A DNA stretch of 64,000 nucleotides from Acidobacteriota bacterium. GTDB taxonomy: Bacteria > Acidobacteriota > UBA6911 > RPQK01 > JAJDTT01. Shown one piece after another: positions 21,257-30,647 of this stretch; the first letter of the stretch is position 1; every line of letters starts with the position of its first letter. The stretch covers positions 642,788 to 706,787 of the forward strand of contig CBDCMS010000003.1 of the NCBI GenBank assembly GCA_965219005.1. The letters run 5' to 3'. Below the pieces are notes generated by a model. It worked only from the letters and a program-made list of their open reading frames with translations. It was not told the origin of the DNA and searched no databases. The position numbers were made by a program, and so were the translations under genes.

Positions 21257-21340
21257 AACAGTAAACAGTAAACAGTAAACAGTAAACAGTAAACAGTGAA
21301 CAGTGAGCGGTGAAGAGGGAAGAGGGAAGAGGGAAGAGGG
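21257..21340. repeat. tandem heptamer array: (AACAGTA)x5 (AACAGTG)x2 AGCGGTG (AAGAGGG)x4
   Basis: Twelve consecutive 7-bp units read directly from the sequence, in the 3' intergenic space between convergent genes (M61 peptidase stop at 21254, sulfatase stop at 21438). Confidence 0.9.
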
Positions 21341-21437
21341 AAGAGGGGACAGTTTCGGGGCTGGTGGAGAGAGTGTTGACAACAGTCCGATTGCGCCGTC
21401 CCCAAACACTCGGTCGCGCTTGAAGCTTCGAAGAACA

Positions 21438-22895
21438 TCAAACGAACCGTAGCCCTCGTTGCCCCCCCAGACCTCGGTTGTCCTGATAGTTCAGCTCTTT
21501 TTCAGGCAGGCCCACCAGTCGGCCATCTTTGACCCAGTCCTCATCACCCCCGTAGAGATTCTGGATCAGGAGATCGGTGAGGCGATCCAGATCTGCTCGA
21601 TGGTCGGGCTTGCGTGAGAGATCCGTCGTCTCTCTGGGATCGTTTTCGATATCGAAGAGCTGGCAGCGATTTCCTGTTGGATAGTAGATCAACTTGAGAC
21701 GTCCGCTGCGAATCATGCGCGTGGCCTCCGCTCCCTCGGAGTGCTCGCCGTACAGATGATCCCGCCTCTGGTGTCCCGCCAGGGAGAATCCTTCGACAGT
21801 CTCGGGAACAGGCAGGCCGCACAGATCCAGCAGGGTGGGCATGAGATCTCCGAACTCTGCCAGACGATCATCCTGGCTGCCGGTCGAAAAGCGTGGATCC
21901 TGGCTCAGGGGGACCACCACCAGGGGAATCTTGGCCGACATCTCGTAGAAGGGCATCATGGTCCAGAGTCCGTGTTCCCCTACCATGTGTCCGTGGTCGC
22001 TGGTAAAGACCAGGATCGTATCATCCAGGATGCCATCTTCACGGAGGGTTCCAACGACCATCCGGATCTGATGGTCGATGTGGGTGATAGTGGCGTAGAA
22101 GGCGCGCCGCGCCAACTCCACCTCTGGCCAGAGCGCACCAACCAAAGCGCTCCGGTTGAGGTTACGGGTTTTGATCATGTAAGGAAGCTGCTCGAGATCT
22201 GCCGACCAATCTCCGGTTGCAGGACGGTCCATCTCCAGGTCCCGATACAGATCCAGGTAACACTGTAGCGGCGTCATGGGAGGGTGAGGAGCCGAGAAGG
22301 AGAGGTACCAGAAACCCGGCTTTCGAGGGTCTCGGCGTCGGATCGTCCGACTCATCTCCCGGGCCGCCCAATTGATGGGATGGCAGTACTCGGGTAGATG
22401 CCAGGGCCGGCTCAGGAAGTCATTGTGAGCCATGCCGCTTGCATACTCCATTCCCGGATAGCCTTGTTCTGCGAGAAAGAGTTCGTAGTCATCGGCGCGG
22501 CCTTCGAGATGGCGGCGGCCCTGCTCCTCCAGGAGCACGTCGTCGAACCCGATCCGGTTGCGTTGCGGATAAACATGAAGCTTTCCCACGGCGAAGGCCT
22601 GGTAGCCCTCGTCACGGAAGCACTGAGGCAAGGTACTCACCTGGGGAAAGGGCGCCCGCTCCTGAAAGGATCGGTCTCCGTGGGAATGAGCGGTCATCCC
22701 GGTCATGAGGGTTCGGCGAGCCGGAATGCACGAAGGGCAGGCTGAGTAGGCGTTAGTGAAGGTGACTCCGTTGCGGCGCAGCTGGTTCACGGTGGGCGTA
22801 ATGAGGACCGGGTGGCGGACGCTTCCGGTCAAGGGGCCACCCCAGTGGTCGGTACAGATCAGGAGAACATTGGGTCTAGAAGCCATTCCTGGCAA
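21438..22895 (-). CDS. arylsulfatase (formylglycine-dependent)
   Basis: NVLLICTDHWGG, sulfatase signature C-I-P-A-R-R-T-L-M-T-G (C-x-P-x-R), TSDHGHMVGEHG. Confidence 0.85.
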   Translation of the reverse strand: MPGMASRPNVLLICTDHWGGPLTGSVRHPVLITPTVNQLRRNGVTFTNAYSACPSCIPARRTLMTGMTAHSHGDRSFQERAPFPQVSTLPQCFRDEGYQAFAVGKLHVYPQRNRIGFDDVLLEEQGRRHLEGRADDYELFLAEQGYPGMEYASGMAHNDFLSRPWHLPEYCHPINWAAREMSRTIRRRDPRKPGFWYLSFSAPHPPMTPLQCYLDLYRDLEMDRPATGDWSADLEQLPYMIKTRNLNRSALVGALWPEVELARRAFYATITHIDHQIRMVVGTLREDGILDDTILVFTSDHGHMVGEHGLWTMMPFYEMSAKIPLVVVPLSQDPRFSTGSQDDRLAEFGDLMPTLLDLCGLPVPETVEGFSLAGHQRRDHLYGEHSEGAEATRMIRSGRLKLIYYPTGNRCQLFDIENDPRETTDLSRKPDHRADLDRLTDLLIQNLYGGDEDWVKDGRLVGLPEKELNYQDNRGLGGQRGLRFV

Positions 22896-22960
22896 CTCGA
22901 TCTTGGGGGCCCAATGGCCCGGGACTGGGCCGATTCAGGGCCTTCTGGAAAAGGATTGTC

Positions 22961-23578
22961 TCAGTGAACGGCTACAGAGTGATTGGAAGCCCGCTCACCA
23001 GAACTCTCAGTCATCTCCTCGGCGATGGAAAACAATATACTTCTGCTGGCGGATGCCATTGCCTCCAATAAATGGTCCAGGTCGACTTCCTGATCCAGGT
23101 GGGTGTCTCCCCGGTTGAGGGCAGCCAGGACTTGAGATAACAAGGACATCATCTGGGTGAGGACAAGAACAGATTTGGGGCCCAGCGACTCAGGATGGGT
23201 TCCTCTTTCGTCGTGTTTCCGGAGCCACTCGAGATTCTCGTCCAGGATCAGTAGTGCACGGCTGCGGTAGTTCCCGGCCCTCTGATCAATTAGCGGGTCG
23301 TAGTCTTGCTTGACCCGCTCCCAGAAGCTTTCCATCTGCTCAGTGAACTCTCGGTAGACGCTGCCTGGACGGGCTTTCCGCCCGCGCAAGACCCGGCCTA
23401 AGACGGCCTCCAGACTGGATCCTCCGCGGTGAAGTTCATCTCTCATATAAGCTTCCACCTCAAGACCGCGCAGGGCAATACCCAGGGAAAACAGGGCTGG
23501 ATCGAGCGGGTGCGAGGAGGCGGTTGAAGCAGAGTCGGAAGTCTGGCTTCCAAGAGTCGAACCTTGCTGGTCGGTCAT
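22961..23578 (-). CDS. hypothetical protein (205 aa), divergent from histidine kinase gene
   Basis: Clean ORF with S/T-rich N-terminus, no recognisable motif; 65 bp divergent spacing from sensor kinase at 23643. Confidence 0.4.
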   Translation of the reverse strand: MTDQQGSTLGSQTSDSASTASSHPLDPALFSLGIALRGLEVEAYMRDELHRGGSSLEAVLGRVLRGRKARPGSVYREFTEQMESFWERVKQDYDPLIDQRAGNYRSRALLILDENLEWLRKHDERGTHPESLGPKSVLVLTQMMSLLSQVLAALNRGDTHLDQEVDLDHLLEAMASASRSILFSIAEEMTESSGERASNHSVAVH

Positions 23579-23642
23579 TCCGGGGTAATCTCCCAGTCAA
23601 TGCCTTCTCTTCCACCGAATGCGGGGATCATACCGGTGACAG

Positions 23643-25058
23643 GTGACGCGTTGTGTTACGCTGCCGCCGATCATGTTCGGGGAACTCCTGGAGTTTTTAC
23701 TGCCCAGAGAACCGGATCGGGATCCAGGCTTCCGTCAGGAGATACGAAGACTGGCACGGCGCTCTCTCTACATCATCGCCGTGGTGGAGATCGGCCTGCC
23801 CCTGATAAGTTTCCCGATAGGCATTTTGAGTCACGCTCACCCCTCCGTAACGCGCTCTTTCGACGATCCTGCGAAATTGTGGCACGTGGGCTTGCTCTGG
23901 CTTGTCGGCCTGTTGACGATCGCGGCTGCCAGGACCAAATTCGGCTTTCAGCAGGGGCGTCGGCTAGCTTCCATCTCGACCTTGGCGGTGGCGGCAATTC
24001 TGGTCGGCGGTCACTTCGTGGGGGGGAAGATCAGCGAAGGTGGCACCGGGGACTTGGCGGCCGACGTTGAGCTGGGCGTCGGTCTCATCTTTGTGAAGTT
24101 GGTTGCGGTTGCCGTGGTGCCTTTGAGGCCCGTTCAAATGTTTGTTCTGGGAACCTCGTTCACGTTGCTCTGTTTCTCGGGTTTCGTTCTCTTCCTGGAT
24201 TGGGAAGCGGCGCTCGAGGCGTTCGCCCAGAATCATGCGCTGCATGGTTTGCCCATCGCAACGATCTTAACCAGTGGCCTCTCGGCGGTGATCTATCACT
24301 ACCTCTACGAAACCTACAAATCCCATCAGCAGACCATGAAGGCCCAGTCTCAGCTGTTGCTGGCCGAGAGTTCGGCATCCATGGGAAGACTCGCAGCAGC
24401 TCTCAGCCATGAGCTCAACACGCCAGCCGGAGCGCTCAAGAGCGCCGTGGATACCCTGCGTCAAGTCGCCGGCAAGAGGCCTGAGGCCTCGGAGGAGCAG
24501 CGAGAGCGATTGAATCAGACCGAGGCAGAACTTCACCTCGTACTGGAGAAGAGTTTGCAACGGTTGCAGGAAGTGGTGAAGCGAATGCAGCGGGTCACCG
24601 GCCTGGACCGGGCCGAGGTATCCTCTGTTGATTTGAATGAAGTTCTGGAAGATCTGGTCTCTCTGATCGAGTCGGATCTTCCGCAAGAAGTGAGCATCGA
24701 TCTCGATCTGCAACCCGTTCCACGGATCAGCGCACGCCCCCAGCAAATGAGTGCAGTGTTTTCGAATCTGCTCCACGAGGCGACTACCTGGGTGGGCACT
24801 GAGGGCCGTCTCCGGATCACCAGCCGCAAGCTGGATTCGAGGATTGAAGTAGTCCTCGCACACGAGGGTCTGGGAATGCCAGCGTCCGAACTCTCCCAGG
24901 TGTTCGATCTTGCCTTCAGCGTGCGGGGAAAACGCGTCGCAGCGTCCAACTGGAGCCTCTTCAGTTCTCGCCAGATCCTACGAGAACACGGAGGTGAGAT
25001 TCGGATCGAGAGCCAACCAGACCAGGGCACCACGATCTACGTGTTGCTCCCCTGCTGA
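23643..25058 (+). CDS. membrane-bound sensor histidine kinase (orphan, no adjacent response regulator)
   Basis: ~5 predicted TM helices in N-terminal 230 aa, HisKA H-box AAALSHELNTPAGAL, C-terminal ATPase-like region ending GGEIRIESQPDQGTTIYVLLP. Confidence 0.7.
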   Translation: MTRCVTLPPIMFGELLEFLLPREPDRDPGFRQEIRRLARRSLYIIAVVEIGLPLISFPIGILSHAHPSVTRSFDDPAKLWHVGLLWLVGLLTIAAARTKFGFQQGRRLASISTLAVAAILVGGHFVGGKISEGGTGDLAADVELGVGLIFVKLVAVAVVPLRPVQMFVLGTSFTLLCFSGFVLFLDWEAALEAFAQNHALHGLPIATILTSGLSAVIYHYLYETYKSHQQTMKAQSQLLLAESSASMGRLAAALSHELNTPAGALKSAVDTLRQVAGKRPEASEEQRERLNQTEAELHLVLEKSLQRLQEVVKRMQRVTGLDRAEVSSVDLNEVLEDLVSLIESDLPQEVSIDLDLQPVPRISARPQQMSAVFSNLLHEATTWVGTEGRLRITSRKLDSRIEVVLAHEGLGMPASELSQVFDLAFSVRGKRVAASNWSLFSSRQILREHGGEIRIESQPDQGTTIYVLLPC

Positions 25059-25116
25059 GGCTCGTCTCCACTTTGACTTCAATCGCGTGGTTCAGAAGAA
25101 AGAAATCGGCTCTTCG

Positions 25117-26160
25117 CTACACCTCTTTCGGGGGACTCGGAGGCGCCTGCTGAAAAACGACGGTTCCAGTCACCTGCACCGGGGGTGCTGGAGGTGCTTC
25201 TTCTTTTCCCTCTCGAATCTTAAAGTACTCTCGAATCGGGTCAGCACCTGCGGCGAGCAAGAGCCCACTCCCGATCTCACCAGCGGTGCTGTTAGGGGTG
25301 CCAAGTCCGACCTGAGCCAGGAAGTTGACATCGAGCAGGAGCGCTACAATTACTCCAAGCAAGCCGCTCATCCCAAAAAGTCCCACCCTGCGGTTTCGCT
25401 CGACACGAGTGCGGCTATCGGAATCGAGGTTGGCCCCAACCTCCATGCGCATCCTCCACCACTGCCAATACCCGAGAAGGACGGTCAGACCGTTGGTCAG
25501 GCGTTCAATCATGAAAGCCAAGAGAGCCACGGTCGCAATCAGTGTTGTAGTATCCATAAGAGCCTCCAGCCAGTTGTTACTTCCGAGCTCCATTTGTGGG
25601 GACGGGAAAGGTTCGTATTCTTCTCCCTCCCGAGCCACCTCCAGGATGAGCGCAATAGTGGTGCGCGGTCCCTGGAAGTACTGAACTCGGATTTGGTGCA
25701 GTCCGTGGGTAAGATGCCTGCTCCCTTCCATGGGTTTGGGTCCGTGCAGGCCATCATTGTCGATAAGCTTCTGGCCATCGATGAAAAGCATAGAGCCATC
25801 ATCGGAGGTGAGTCTGAAGCTATAGCTACCCGAGCGGGCCAGCTTGAATCGACCGTGGTAATCAATCGCGAACCACTCAAACCTATCGACGACCCCGGGG
25901 AAGCCGTCCGTAAAGGAGCGAGGGGGCACATTGAGCTCGGTGGCATAGACCGTTCCAACCGGAGTGAGCTGACCGAAATCAGGTAGGCGGTCGGTGTTGG
26001 GTTCGATAGCGTAGATCTCACCCTCGAAAGAGGAAGCTAACTTCCTTCTACTGCCAAGAGTGGGCCCATCGTCTTGAGCGACCACGATTGTCATCACGGA
26101 TTGCAAAGAAGAAATGCCGCCCGGGGCGGCTACAAGTAGCAATATGACGCTTAGAATCAC
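25117..26160 (-). CDS. secreted PA14-domain protein with two C-terminal transmembrane helices
   Basis: PA14 signature YHGRFKLARSGSYSFRLTSDDGSMLFIDGQKLIDNDG. Probable GTG start at 26160 giving signal peptide VILSVILLLVAAPGG (SD-like gaagga upstream). ORF-track start at 26370 would add a non-signal 70-aa extension. Confidence 0.55.
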   Translation of the reverse strand: MILSVILLLVAAPGGISSLQSVMTIVVAQDDGPTLGSRRKLASSFEGEIYAIEPNTDRLPDFGQLTPVGTVYATELNVPPRSFTDGFPGVVDRFEWFAIDYHGRFKLARSGSYSFRLTSDDGSMLFIDGQKLIDNDGLHGPKPMEGSRHLTHGLHQIRVQYFQGPRTTIALILEVAREGEEYEPFPSPQMELGSNNWLEALMDTTTLIATVALLAFMIERLTNGLTVLLGYWQWWRMRMEVGANLDSDSRTRVERNRRVGLFGMSGLLGVIVALLLDVNFLAQVGLGTPNSTAGEIGSGLLLAAGADPIREYFKIREGKEEAPPAPPVQVTGTVVFQQAPPSPPKEV

Positions 26161-26301
26161 AGGAATTCCTTCGCAGGAATGGTTCAACGTATTGTATACA
26201 CTTCTCGGTAGGTTTTCTTGATACCTGAAGATCCTCAGGTACTGGATTGGTTGAAATTCAACGTTGAACTGAAAGTGGACGGCTTCGAAGAAGTAATCTG
26301 A

Positions 26302-27309
26302 TTGAAGGGTAGAGATATGACAAACGACCGGAAAGATGGGTGGACATTTCTGCATGTCAACGACAGCCACATGGGCACGCCCCGATCGTATCGCTTTCGT
26401 CCGGCAATCAATCGGCGTTGGGCGGCGATCAAGCGGCAGGTGTCGGAGATCGATGCGGAGTTCCTTCTACATGGAGGAGATTTGACTCGCGATGGCGAAA
26501 CCCACGAATTCGAGTATCAGCAAGCGCGAGAGGATCTGGACACACTTCCGTTCCCTACCTTCGTCATCCCAGGGAACATGGACGTAGGTAACAAGCATAC
26601 CTCCCAAAATGGGGCCAAGCCCAAATGGGCCGACCTGGGATTGGACTGGAACGACCCGGACTGCAATATGACCTCACGAAGCCTCGAGTTTTTCTCTTCC
26701 TATTTCGGACCGGTTCACTGGACATTCCTGCATCGGGAAGTGCGCTTTACCGGTTTTTTCGCGGCGCTCGCCGGGTCGGGGTTGCCGCAGGAAGAGCGTC
26801 TCTGGCGAATGCTCGAGCGACTCACGAAGCTGCCACCGGCGCGACAGCACGTGGCGATGATGCACTACTGGCCTTTCATGGAGCAGCCCGACGAACCAGC
26901 ATGGGACCTTACCGATCCGGATCAATATGACAACTGGTATTTTTCCATCGACTCACCACACCGCCGCCGCCTATGGGAGCTGCTGCGGGCCAGTCGTGTG
27001 GATATCCTTTTTTGTGGCCACGTTCACACCGGTCGCCCTGTCCAGGTTGTCGACGGCATCCGGCTCTATAGGACTCAATCGGCTGGAAATTCGGCTCAGC
27101 TCGCCGAGCGCTGGTCGGACGCTGACACTCGCTACGGTTTTCATCGCGGTGACGTCACCAAAGATGGCATCCAGGTTTCGTTTGTCCTCGGCGAGGATCA
27201 GTGCGAGGAGGTCGACAGCTACGGCCCCATGGGGCATCCTGGGATGAAAGCGCGCGACTACTCCGTAGCGCGCGAAGACCCCCCACTCGTACCCCGTTGG
27301 CACGGATGA
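26302..27309 (+). CDS. calcineurin-like metallophosphoesterase
   Basis: LHVNDSHMG, LHGGDLTRDG, IPGNMDV, and later GHVHTG motifs. Confidence 0.7.
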   Translation: MKGRDMTNDRKDGWTFLHVNDSHMGTPRSYRFRPAINRRWAAIKRQVSEIDAEFLLHGGDLTRDGETHEFEYQQAREDLDTLPFPTFVIPGNMDVGNKHTSQNGAKPKWADLGLDWNDPDCNMTSRSLEFFSSYFGPVHWTFLHREVRFTGFFAALAGSGLPQEERLWRMLERLTKLPPARQHVAMMHYWPFMEQPDEPAWDLTDPDQYDNWYFSIDSPHRRRLWELLRASRVDILFCGHVHTGRPVQVVDGIRLYRTQSAGNSAQLAERWSDADTRYGFHRGDVTKDGIQVSFVLGEDQCEEVDSYGPMGHPGMKARDYSVAREDPPLVPRWHG

Positions 27310-27390
27310 GATCCGACTCGGTCCCAGTTGCTGACTACCGATCTTAGGGTCTGCGCAAGAATAACTTCGCAGAGTCAGCGCAATAGGAGC

Positions 27391-30300
27391 CTACTCCGGC
27401 CCCGGGACTCCTGGAACGACCGGAAAAGCGGTCACGAGCGGCACCTCGTCGGGGAATTCCAGCCCGGCGGCATCCTTTTGCCTGAGTGTAACTGCCACCA
27501 GTGGTCGAGTACTCTCGACCGTCAAGAGTCCCTTCATTTCCTGCGCCTTGGAGACCACCTGTTCGTCATCGAAAAGCTGGTGGACGAACCGTGCCAAGTG
27601 ACTTCCTGAAGCCAGTGGATCCAGCTCTCTCTCGGCAATCAGGTTGAACTGCTGATCAAACAGCCGCAGTGTCACAATGGCATCCGGCGCGCCCTCTGCC
27701 GCCGGATAGACGATGGCGAGTCCTGTGTCTTTGCTCGCGATTGAGTCGACCGCGATCGAAAACTCCGTCAGCAGAGTCGCCACCGGGACTCCAGCTTCAA
27801 ACAAGAGGACACCTGTTGACTGGTCAATGCGGCTGAAGATAGTCACCCCTGAGACGTCGTTGCTCGACGTTACGCGGACGTATCCAACCCGAAGATCTCC
27901 ATCGCCAGTCGTCGGCAGTGAGATCGATTCTCCCCGTCTGAGCTCGAATTCGAAGCGACTGTCCGTTCCAAGAGTTCCCAGGGTAAGCTCCAGGGGTTGG
28001 CCATCGGGGCTGGCGAAGAACTCGGTCTTTACCGCGCTATCGGAGCCGGTATTGACCAGAATCAGAGTCGACTTGAACTGAATGGGAAACATGGATCCAT
28101 CGGCAAACTGGGGGAAGAAGAAGGAATGGAATTGCGCTGGACCACCCAGCTCAACCACTCTGCCATCAGCTGTTAGATCATCATCTCCTCGCTCTCCATC
28201 GACGAAGCGCAGCGTGACCTTCCCCTCTGAAATTTCTGCGCCCGTCGTCCCATCGGCCAGGAACTCGTACCAGTGGGGGCTTTCATTGGCAGGCGTAGGG
28301 CCATACTTGAAGTAGGTCTCTAGTGCCTGTCCAGGTGGCAGCAGGAGATCGACCACGGCGGCGGACCCTTCGGACAGGCCCTCAACCGAAAAGTTGAAAA
28401 GACCCAGGGGAAAGACGGTGCCCGCAGGAGGCAGCACCTCGGGCATTGAAGCCGTCCCGACCGAGGTTAATACCAGAGGTCGATCGACCACCAGGCTCAC
28501 GTAGCTGCCCGTCGTCTGATCGGCTAGTGAGGCTACATGGGACTGTCTGCTGTCGGCGATACCGTCTTGATTGTTGTCTCCTGCATTCGGAGCAGCTTCC
28601 TCCACCAGGTCCCCGACTCCATCGCCATCGCTGTCGGCTTCTCCTGGGAGAAAGTAGCGTGTGGCCAGCAGGAAGGCGTTTCGGCCGATTTGCTCGCCCA
28701 TGAGACGCCCCGGGATGTCGTCCGCGGTCGGATGGATCCCCCCGTAGATGCGCGAGATGCTGGTCTCGTCCGAGGCATCACGATAGGTCGCCCACTGAAG
28801 CGTGATATCCACGCTGGGACCGTCCTCGAAAACGAGAAACTCGTTTCGGGGTGCGAAGAACTCGCCGAGCCCACCGGGGAAGAAGGCGTCGCCGGTAAAC
28901 ATCGTCATCAGCTCCGCGGCCGCTCTGCTGAAGGTGCTATGACCTGAAACGTAGCCGGCAAAAGGTGGCGTGACGAAGGTCGGACGTTGGTAAGGCCACC
29001 ATCTTTCCGCCAGAATCCAGCCTACGCCTGCCGCGGTTGTGGCGGGATCGGAAATGAAGTCGGGCCCACGCCAGGCCTTTATCGCGATCTTTCCCAGGTT
29101 CTCGCTGCCCGGGCCCACCAGATGTTCATGTCGCTCGCCCGAGGCAACCGTATCTGGGGTAACTACTTCGATCACACCGGGCTTCAGGCCGATGCCGTCA
29201 GGGTGATATGACGGTCCGGTAGGATCGCTGCTTTGCCCGTTAACAGCCATATAGCGAATAGCCGAAATCGGGCGTATGTAGTCATACCAGCCTTTGGCAC
29301 CCCAGGCTGCCACCGCCGCATCGTGGACTGTCCCACCTAACGCGAAGTAAAGCTTTACATCCCACTCGAGATCGTCGAGCGGTTCTCCAACACCCCCGAA
29401 GCGCCTCACAACCAGGGGATGGTCAGAGACATAGTTGGCGATCGTAAACCAGTGACCGGGAGGCGTCTCAGAATCGGGTCCGTCTGCCCAGAATTCCGCC
29501 AGGACACGATAGTAGTCGCCCGCTGGAACGATTTGCTGAGTGTAGGCCAGGCCCGTGACGGGGTTGATCTCACGGCCACTGCCGTCGTTGGTCCCTAGTG
29601 TGTTGTTCCCGCGGGAGTTGGGGCTGATGTCGATCATCACACCGTCCGCCGGGTCGAGCTGACCACTCCACTCGACGACCTGCTCAAAGCCCGAGCGATA
29701 GTCAGCATCGCCGATGCCCCCGATCATCGGCGGAGGACCCGGATCGAGATAGACCCAGTACTCGAATTCGCCGCGTTGGTAGATCGTGAGGTCATCCACG
29801 CCCAGTGCAAAGGGCGTGACCTGACCCCATTCCGGACTCACGAAGGGGGGGCACCAAGGGGGAACGGGATGCCCGACTGGCCAACAAAGAATTTGAGCGA
29901 AAGCGGTTGCCACAGGTTTGGATCGACGATATCCGGGTTGCCGATAATTGTCGGAAACAGGGGTGGGTTCCGTGGCTCGTAGAAGCGGTTCGAATAGTCG
30001 TTCGCTTCGTTGCCGCCATCGGACGCTCCGAAGGCAAGTACTGTGGCGGCGATTCGGTTGCCCAGAGCCGCCGGCGAATCGCCGGTCACGTCAGTGAAGT
30101 CGATGCCGTAGCCAAGCTCGGCCATCGTCGCGTCGAACGAGGGCAACGACTTGTCAGTACCCGGCGAGATCGCAAATCGGGCACTCAGGATTCGATAGGA
30201 GGCATAAGAAATAGCCTCCCGGCGCGCTGCGGCTACATCCACCGCCGTGGCCTTCTCCTGATGGAGATAGTTGTGGGCGACCAAATCGTAAGCCGCCCAG

Positions 30301-30647
30301 GCATCCCACATCGCGATCGCAGTGTGAAAGAGGTTGCGGGCGTGTACCGTCGGTCGCGCGAAATCGTTTCTAATGGCTTCGAGGAGCTCTTCATTCCACT
30401 CCCGGGCGGCGGAATGCTGGGTCGTTCCAGCCAGTCCCAAACTCAGGATGAGAGCTGCCACCTGGCCGAAGGTCAGGACACGAAGTATGCCTCGCCGTTG
30501 CCGCACCTGAATCTTCTTTCCTTGTCGGCCAGAAGCTGGTATCAAGGAGTCAGTAGATCGCATAAACAGGGCCGAATTCCAGATTCTTGGAGACAACCTG
30601 GGGAATGGGACCATATTGGGACCTAGTGCCGGCGTGGTCGCAGGCAC
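27391..30647 (-). pseudogene. PAP2/vanadium-dependent-haloperoxidase-like secreted giant protein (~1085 aa if contiguous), interrupted by a -1 frameshift in a C7 homopolymer (or sequencing error)
   Basis: N-terminal ORF 29838..30647 (signal peptide ILRVLTFGQVAALILSLGLAG) and C-terminal ORF 27391..29913 overlap in different frames. Inserting one C in the C7 tract (minus strand, ~29847-29853 on plus) fuses them to ...IPFPLGAPPFVSPEWGQ... PAP2 motifs GYVSGHSTFS and RIYGGIHPTADD. Thrombospondin-type-3-like Ca-binding repeats DSDGDGVGD...DNNQDGIAD followed by beta-rich C-terminus. Confidence 0.6.

Noticed and set aside
21257-21340. CRISPR array
   Set aside because: Units are 7 bp and contiguous with no spacers; this is a microsatellite. 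No cas-like ORFs nearby, and no other repeat-spacer architecture seen in the window.
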